Assembly (NCBI GenBank): GCA_001898255.1
Contig: MKTK01000010.1
Location: forward strand, 95,896 to 159,895
From: Chryseobacterium sp. 39-10
GTDB taxonomy: Bacteria > Bacteroidota > Bacteroidia > Flavobacteriales > Weeksellaceae
Reading direction: 5' to 3'
Length of the DNA: 64,000 nucleotides
The translations under genes were made by a program, and so were the position numbers. The notes beneath the pieces were generated by a model, which did not search any database, was not told where the DNA came from, and saw nothing but the letters and a program-made list of their open reading frames with translations. Positions 57,807 through 64,000 of this stretch are shown piece after piece (the stretch's first letter is position 1; each line of letters opens with the position of its first letter).

Positions 57807-59243
57807 GTGCAGGAAAAATATATAGACGAAACGAAACAGGGCGAAGCTTTTGCCATTGCCGAAAAACCCGAAAACAGCAAAAAACTTTTTTTGGAAAGCT
57901 ATGGCTGCCAAATGAATTTCTCTGATTCTGAGATCGTTGCTTCCATCCTGAATGAACAAGGATACAACACGACACTTGATGTAAAAGAAGCCGATTTAAT
58001 ATTGCTCAACACCTGTTCCATTCGTGAAAAAGCCGAGCAAACGGTAAGAATGCGATTGTCCCAATTCAAAAATCAGAAAAAGGAAAATCCAAACCTTACG
58101 GTTGGTGTTCTCGGTTGCATGGCAGAACGGCTGAAAACCAAGTTTTTGGAAGAGGAACATTTGGTGGACCTCGTTGTGGGGCCCGACGCCTATAGAGATT
58201 TACCCAATTTGTTGAAAGAAACCGAAGATGGTCGAGACGCCATCAACGTCATTCTTTCCAAAGAAGAAACCTATGCAGACATCAATCCGGTTCGCTTGGG
58301 CGGAAACGGTGTTACGGCATTTGTTACCATCACCAGAGGTTGCGATAACATGTGTACTTTTTGCGTGGTGCCTTTTACCAGAGGACGCGAAAGAAGTCGT
58401 GATCCTCACTCTATTATTGATGAATGCAAGGATTTATGGAACAATGGCTATAAAGAAATAACACTTCTAGGCCAGAATGTTGATTCTTATCTATGGTTTG
58501 GCGGCGGTGCGAAAAAAGACTTTAAAAACGCTTCCGAAATGCAGAGAGCCACGGCTGTTAATTTTGCTAAATTGTTGGATCTTGTTGCCAAGGCAGTTCC
58601 GGGAATGAGGATTCGTTTTTCTACCTCAAATCCGCATGACATGACGGTGGACGTTTTCGAAATGATGGCAAAACACGACAATATCTGCAACTACGTTCAC
58701 CTTCCGGTGCAAAGCGGTAGCGATAGAATTCTTCAACTGATGAATCGGCAACACACAAGGCAGGAATATTTAGAACTCATCAGAAAGGCCAAGGAAATCG
58801 TTCCCGACATTGCTTTTTCTCAGGATATGATCGTGGGTTTCTGCACCGAAACTGAAGAAGATCATCAAGATACACTGTCGCTTATGCAGGCAGTGGAATA
58901 CGATTACGGCTATATGTTTGCCTACAGCGAAAGACCAGGGACGCCTGCTCACAAAAAAATGGAAGATGACGTTCCGGCTGATGTAAAACAAAGACGTTTG
59001 GCGGAAATCATTAAACTTCAGGGCGATTTGTCCCGAAAAAGAATGGCTGGATATGTGGGGAAAAACCATGAAATCCTTATTGAAGGTACCTCTAAAAAGA
59101 ACGAAAACCAGTGGAAGGGCAGAAATTCTCAGAATGCTGTCTGCGTTTTCGACAAACTTGAAGGCCAGAAAATTGGTGACATTGTTTCCGTTTTTGTTCA
59201 CGGAAATACGCAGGGAACGCTTTTGGGGGAAACGGTACTCTAA
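57807..59243 (+). CDS. miaB: tRNA-i6A37 methylthiotransferase
   Basis: [21 protein letters not shown] and a TRAM domain; GTG start. Confidence 0.97.
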   Translation: MQEKYIDETKQGEAFAIAEKPENSKKLFLESYGCQMNFSDSEIVASILNEQGYNTTLDVKEADLILLNTCSIREKAEQTVRMRLSQFKNQKKENPNLTVGVLGCMAERLKTKFLEEEHLVDLVVGPDAYRDLPNLLKETEDGRDAINVILSKEETYADINPVRLGGNGVTAFVTITRGCDNMCTFCVVPFTRGRERSRDPHSIIDECKDLWNNGYKEITLLGQNVDSYLWFGGGAKKDFKNASEMQRATAVNFAKLLDLVAKAVPGMRIRFSTSNPHDMTVDVFEMMAKHDNICNYVHLPVQSGSDRILQLMNRQHTRQEYLELIRKAKEIVPDIAFSQDMIVGFCTETEEDHQDTLSLMQAVEYDYGYMFAYSERPGTPAHKKMEDDVPADVKQRRLAEIIKLQGDLSRKRMAGYVGKNHEILIEGTSKKNENQWKGRNSQNAVCVFDKLEGQKIGDIVSVFVHGNTQGTLLGETVL

Positions 59244-59267
59244 AACATCGATTAAAATACGTAGAAC

Positions 59268-59603
59268 TTGAAAAGCTTATCTTACCTTATTATCGTAATG
59301 TCACTGATTGGCAATTGCCCGTCAGCAAAAGCTTTTTATGACCAAAACAAAATCAAATTCTGCCCACAAAGAATTGCCGAAAACATCACAAGCGAAGACG
59401 CCAAGCAATTACTGGAAGATTACCATTTTTTCTTATCCCAGCGCCATATCGCATTGAAGAAAAGCTGTTACAATGCGCCCTCAAATAAAGAGTTTGCTTT
59501 CTCAAGTGCTGGCAAATCGACCAACCAAAACGACTGCGGATATCACTTAAAATTACACCACAAAACCTCCGTCATCAGGAATAAAAATGATTTGTTGATT
59601 TGA
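59268..59603 (+). CDS. Hypothetical protein (doubtful)
   Basis: TTG start and signal-like N-terminus only. Confidence 0.4.
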   Translation: MKSLSYLIIVMSLIGNCPSAKAFYDQNKIKFCPQRIAENITSEDAKQLLEDYHFFLSQRHIALKKSCYNAPSNKEFAFSSAGKSTNQNDCGYHLKLHHKTSVIRNKNDLLI

Positions 59604-59657
59604 TTTTTTTACCGACTAAAAAACATCAAAATTTTTCAACAACAAATCTATACAACA

Positions 59658-60914
59658 ATGGCAGACTTGCAATCCATAAAAAACCGCTTCGGCATTATCG
59701 GGAATTATCCCGCACTCAACCGGGCATTAGAAAAAGCAATCCAAGTGGCACCTACCGATATTTCAGTTCTCGTAATCGGGGAATCGGGTGTGGGGAAAGA
59801 ATTTATCCCGAAAATCCAACCTTATATCGTTGTTAATTGCGGTGCTATTCCGGAAGGAACGATTGACTCAGAACTTTTCGGTCACGAAAAAGGTGCCTTC
59901 ACGGGTGCTACCTCTACACGAAAAGGTTATTTTGAGGTAGCCGATGGTGGTACTATTTTCCTTGATGAAGTGGGCGAATTGCCTTTGCAAACGCAGGTTC
60001 GACTGCTTCGGGTTTTAGAAAGTGGCGAATTCATGAAGGTAGGGTCATCTCAAATTCAGAAAACCAACGTAAGAATAGTTGCCGCAACCAACGTCAATAT
60101 GATGAAAGCGATTACAGACGGCCGTTTTCGTGAAGACTTATATTATCGCTTGAATACTGTACAAATCGATATTCCGCCATTGCGTGAGCGGAAAGGCGAC
60201 ATCCATCTTTTGTTCCGAAAATTTGCCATCGACTTTGCAGAAAAATACAGAATGCCGGAACTTATCCTGACGGAAGACGCTGTTCGCTATCTCGAAAATT
60301 ACACCTTTCCGGGAAACGTGCGACAACTAAGAAATCTGGTGGAGCAAATGACCGTTGTAGAGCAAAACCGCGAGATTAATGCAGCAAAATTAGCAGAATA
60401 CATTCCGCTGCAAGCTCATTTACCGGCAGTGGTGCAAAAGAATCAGCCAGGCATTTCCTCCAACGAGTTTCATTCGGAAAGGGAAATTATGTACAAAATA
60501 CTTTTCGACATGCGCAGCGATATTAATGATTTAAAATCCTTAACTTCGGAACTGATAAAAAACCGCGGGAACAGTGACTTCAGCCATCAGGAAAAAAATC
60601 TCATCAACAGGGTTTTTACTTCCGAAACCTCAACGGCCAATCCTAATTCTCTGCTGTATTTTGAAGGAAACAATCAAAACCAGGTACACCACCCCACCAT
60701 TATTTCCGATCCTGATGCAGATTTTCAGGATGTGGAAGACATTGAACTGGAAGATGCAAAACCCGAGACACTGTCGCTTCAAAACAATGAAAGAGAACTG
60801 ATTGTAAAGGCATTAGAAAAACACCGAGGCAGAAGAAACAAAGCAGCCGATGAACTGGGGATTTCGCAGCGTACCCTTTATCGAAAAATCAAACAATACA
60901 ACCTGGAGGAGTAA
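59658..60914 (+). CDS. Sigma54-interacting AAA+ activator without receiver domain, apparent ~9-aa deletion
   Basis: [18 protein letters not shown] and C-terminal Fis HTH. Confidence 0.93.
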   Translation: MADLQSIKNRFGIIGNYPALNRALEKAIQVAPTDISVLVIGESGVGKEFIPKIQPYIVVNCGAIPEGTIDSELFGHEKGAFTGATSTRKGYFEVADGGTIFLDEVGELPLQTQVRLLRVLESGEFMKVGSSQIQKTNVRIVAATNVNMMKAITDGRFREDLYYRLNTVQIDIPPLRERKGDIHLLFRKFAIDFAEKYRMPELILTEDAVRYLENYTFPGNVRQLRNLVEQMTVVEQNREINAAKLAEYIPLQAHLPAVVQKNQPGISSNEFHSEREIMYKILFDMRSDINDLKSLTSELIKNRGNSDFSHQEKNLINRVFTSETSTANPNSLLYFEGNNQNQVHHPTIISDPDADFQDVEDIELEDAKPETLSLQNNERELIVKALEKHRGRRNKAADELGISQRTLYRKIKQYNLEE

Positions 60915-60915
60915 C

Positions 60916-61485
60916 ATGAAGAAATACGCCACAAAAAGTAAAGAACATACAGTGATCAAAAAATTTTTGATTAAACTTCCTTCGTTTTTTCTGTGCTCAT
61001 TGCTTATTTCACTAACGAGTTGTTATAGTTTCACCGGCTCATCACTAAGTCCTGAAACAAAGACAATTCAGATTAATGACTTTCCCAATAATGCTGCCTT
61101 GGTGAACCCCAATTTGGCACAACAGTTTTCGACAGATATTCAGAATCGATTTCTGCAGCGCACTACACTCAAAGGAACAAAAGCAAGTCCTGACATCCTG
61201 ATTGAAGGTGAAATTACTGATTACCAAATTACGCCCACCACGATATCTTCAGCCGTCAACACCAGCGGCGGAACCATTCAGGCAGCACAAAATAAATTGA
61301 CGATTACCGTTAAAGTTCATTACGAAAATAAGATAGAACCGAATAAAAGTTTCGACAGAACCTATTCTGACGAAGCCACTTTCAGCAGCGATCTTGACAT
61401 CAACACCATCGAAACATCGCAGGTAAAACTGGTGAACGAGCGCATCATCAACAAAATTTTTAATGACATTGTAGCCAACTGGTAA
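60916..61485 (+). CDS. lptE: LptE family lipoprotein
   Basis: CYSFTG lipobox, EGEIT and IFNDIVANW motifs. Confidence 0.85.
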   Translation: MKKYATKSKEHTVIKKFLIKLPSFFLCSLLISLTSCYSFTGSSLSPETKTIQINDFPNNAALVNPNLAQQFSTDIQNRFLQRTTLKGTKASPDILIEGEITDYQITPTTISSAVNTSGGTIQAAQNKLTITVKVHYENKIEPNKSFDRTYSDEATFSSDLDINTIETSQVKLVNERIINKIFNDIVANW

Positions 61486-61486
61486 A

Positions 61487-63286
61487 ATGAATACACGAGT
61501 TTTAGATCTAATTAAAAACCCCGACCTTTTTCAGCCCGATGATTTAAGGATCCTGGAAAATGAAATCTCTAAAGCACCTTACGTGCAAAGTTTCCGTGCA
61601 TTGCAATTGTATGGGATTCACCGCTTTCAGCCAGAAGATTATGCAGCAAAACTTTCAGAAACGGCGGCATTTACCACTGACAAAAAGATTCTTTACCGTT
61701 TTATCAACAAAAAAACGGAAACTCTTCCCGTAGGTCATGTTATTCCATCTGCCGAAGCTGCTCCTGTCAAAAAGAATGAAACGAAATTGGTGGCCGTGGA
61801 ACCAGCGGCAGTTTCAAAACCGAAACCTGTTTATGTCAATGGTGAACTCAACAGAATTTTGTTTGAAGGAGAAGAGGATTTTATGAACCAAGAACAGGAA
61901 ACGATAGATCTGGAATCGACCGTAGAATCGGGCATTCTTACGACGCAGAAAACCGAAAGCAAACCTATTGAAATTCATTCAAATATAAGAGAAACAGAAG
62001 AAAACCCTGCAGAATATTTCGACGCGGAAGATTTTTCTAAAGAAGTTGTCATCGATGAAAATCAGATTCAGAACGAGCAAAAAGAAATTGAAAAACCTGT
62101 AGATCTTAGTTTTGAAGAAATTGCGGACGTAGTTTCCGATACAAGCATCAAGACAGAGGAAAAAATTTTCGCAGAAACTCCTATTGCAGAAAGCTTTTCT
62201 AAAGAAATCATCATTGATGAAGAAGGACTTCAACAAGAAAAAAAGAAGGTTGAAAATTCCGCCGATTTAAATTTTCATGGCACATCGGATTTTATGCCTG
62301 ATGTAAAAATTAGTGTTCCAACAATTCCCGAAACGCTAAAACCAGTGCCAAAACCTATTGTTAATCGGCATGAAGAGGAAATGCAAAGATTGATTGCGGA
62401 GGTGGAAGAGAAAATGAAAACCTCTAAAAAAAATAAGCAAAAAGTAGAAACAGAACCTGTTCAGAATGCTGAAATCAATTTTGCGCAAACCGAATCTTTC
62501 ATGGTTGCGGGTGCCCAATCTTCATCCGTTGAAGAAGAGAAGTCTCCAGCGTTAACGTCCCCATCAGAAATGACAAATCTTGAAAAAGAAAAACCAAAAG
62601 CAACGCTTGTTTCGCCCAACAAAGAAAATGGAGCAAATAAAGAAGAGGAGCCAAAACTGATCAAAACAACAATATCCGAAGAAAAACCAGCTTGGAAACC
62701 GATGCCCATTGCCACTCACCTTCCCGATTCCGTCATTGGTTTGAGAGAAGAAAAAGTGCAACAAGCCATCATAAAACAACCTGAAAAAGAAGACAGAGAA
62801 ACGCCCATTTTAAAAGAAAAAACAGAAGAACGAGCTGCATTTAATGTTTCGTTTTTCACACCCGAAGTGGCACGGCTGGAAGAGAAAAAAGCCGAGGAAC
62901 AGGATGAAAAAGAGGCGACAGAAAGCAATGTCCCCGTTTTTATCAACACTTGGCAAAACTGGCTAAAGATTGATCGCGCAGCACCGGAAGAAAAACCCAT
63001 TGTTTCCAAAGCAGAGCAAAAAATTAAATCCATTGAGAACTTCATCGAAAACGAACCGAAAATTTCAAAGCTGAAAGATGATTCGGATTTTGTTGTAAAA
63101 GATAAAGGCGACAACATTCAGCACTTGATGACAGAAACATTGGCCAGATTATACACCGAGCAAAAGCTTTATGCAAAGGCCATTAAAGCGTACGAAATTT
63201 TAGGTGAAAAACATCCGGAAAAGAAAACTTTCTTTTCAGACAAAATTCAGGAGGTTAAAGATTTAAGACAGAATAAATCCCAATAG
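61487..63286 (+). CDS. Conserved hypothetical with long acidic linker and C-terminal TPR-like helices
   Basis: Conserved-looking termini (TETLARLYTEQKLYAKAIKAY) around a Glu/Lys-rich core with an internal repeat. Confidence 0.85.
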   Translation: MNTRVLDLIKNPDLFQPDDLRILENEISKAPYVQSFRALQLYGIHRFQPEDYAAKLSETAAFTTDKKILYRFINKKTETLPVGHVIPSAEAAPVKKNETKLVAVEPAAVSKPKPVYVNGELNRILFEGEEDFMNQEQETIDLESTVESGILTTQKTESKPIEIHSNIRETEENPAEYFDAEDFSKEVVIDENQIQNEQKEIEKPVDLSFEEIADVVSDTSIKTEEKIFAETPIAESFSKEIIIDEEGLQQEKKKVENSADLNFHGTSDFMPDVKISVPTIPETLKPVPKPIVNRHEEEMQRLIAEVEEKMKTSKKNKQKVETEPVQNAEINFAQTESFMVAGAQSSSVEEEKSPALTSPSEMTNLEKEKPKATLVSPNKENGANKEEEPKLIKTTISEEKPAWKPMPIATHLPDSVIGLREEKVQQAIIKQPEKEDRETPILKEKTEERAAFNVSFFTPEVARLEEKKAEEQDEKEATESNVPVFINTWQNWLKIDRAAPEEKPIVSKAEQKIKSIENFIENEPKISKLKDDSDFVVKDKGDNIQHLMTETLARLYTEQKLYAKAIKAYEILGEKHPEKKTFFSDKIQEVKDLRQNKSQ

Positions 63287-63385
63287 AGATTACACCCCAG
63301 CATAGAACGCTTGACATCACGATTTCGCATCACCGTAATGGTATTCTCAGTCATGAAATGAATATGCGGCGAGTTGTGTTGAACC

Positions 63386-64000
63386 CTACTCTATATTCCG
63401 GCGATCAACTGCTTCTACATCAATGGTAGTGGCATTTCCATCGGCATTGTAACGTCGGAATTTGCGCCATATTTTGCGGCCAACAACCAGCACTAAAATC
63501 ACCAAAGCAATCGAACATATAAATGCGATAACAGGAGCTGCCATTGCTAAGATCGACATAATTCCTGCACCTGCTGTTTCCGTAGTTGCAACGACTGAAT
63601 TTCCAAGACCTCCCGTTGTCGCCGTAGAAGCTGCCCTTGTTCCTGCGAATCCTGAACTGATAGCCGCTGCCGTTCCTCCTCCTGCAATTAATGCTAAAGC
63701 CCATTGCGGAAAAGTTCCGATATCCGCAAACTGACTGGCAAACATCACGGAACCTGCGATGGTTGCTAAAGGTACGGAAAGGGTATCCAAAATATGATCA
63801 ACAAAGGGGATGTAATAGGCAAGAATCTCAACAACAGTGGCAATCCCTGTGGTAATAAGCGTTGGCAAACCGGAGAGCCACTCGAAATGTTCGTTCATCG
63901 GGATCCATCCCATGTAAGAAGCTAAGCTTACTGCAAACATGGGCAGAAATACGCGAAAACCTGTTGCTGCAGCCAAACCCACACCAATAAAGGCGCTCAG
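63386..64000 (-). CDS. DUF4126 family membrane protein, 5' end outside the window
   Basis: GLAAATGFRVFLP, EILAYYIPFVDH and TATTGGLGN; frame open to the window edge. Confidence 0.9.
   Translation of the reverse strand: MSAFIGVGLAAATGFRVFLPMFAVSLASYMGWIPMNEHFEWLSGLPTLITTGIATVVEILAYYIPFVDHILDTLSVPLATIAGSVMFASQFADIGTFPQWALALIAGGGTAAAISSGFAGTRAASTATTGGLGNSVVATTETAGAGIMSILAMAAPVIAFICSIALVILVLVVGRKIWRKFRRYNADGNATTIDVEAVDRRNIE

Noticed and set aside
63287-63385. Small ORF or terminator between convergent genes
   Set aside because: No convincing stem-loop or coding motif.

Overview
Chromosomal window from a Bacteroidota/Weeksellaceae bacterium (Chryseobacterium/Kaistella-like), judged from TAnnTTTG promoters, fused ccoNO and gene content. 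Most of it is housekeeping: cbb3 oxidase operon, serS, a 3-gene glycan cluster, an Fe-S oxidoreductase pair, mlaD/mlaEF, ppiD-like, lon, pgi, folD, queE, wcaJ-like, meaB, pepT, tRNA-Asn, rseP, lysA, miaB, a sigma54 activator and lptE. The top candidate for an undescribed system is 27937-29338, which looks like a decayed integron-like locus. It holds a 198-bp attC-like palindrome that folds fully (WC plus G-T pairs) only on the strand opposite the cassette genes, a second half-site exactly 1024 bp away bracketing two promoterless lipoprotein genes, and a divergent 40-codon ORF resembling the N-terminus of a Bacteroidota tyrosine recombinase. The second candidate is a copper-uptake operon (48316-51683): an OprC-like TonB receptor and a YtkA-like lipoprotein preceded by a Cys-motif, PP-tailed ORF that may be a Cu-sensing leader peptide. 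Also seen: a CstB-like persulfide operon with an internally deleted TauE gene and a CRP/FNR-type palindrome, a frameshifted sugar porter, a ~9-aa in-frame deletion in the sigma54 activator, and an Hc1-like ORF missed by the ORF track. No database searches were run; family calls come from motif recognition and recall.
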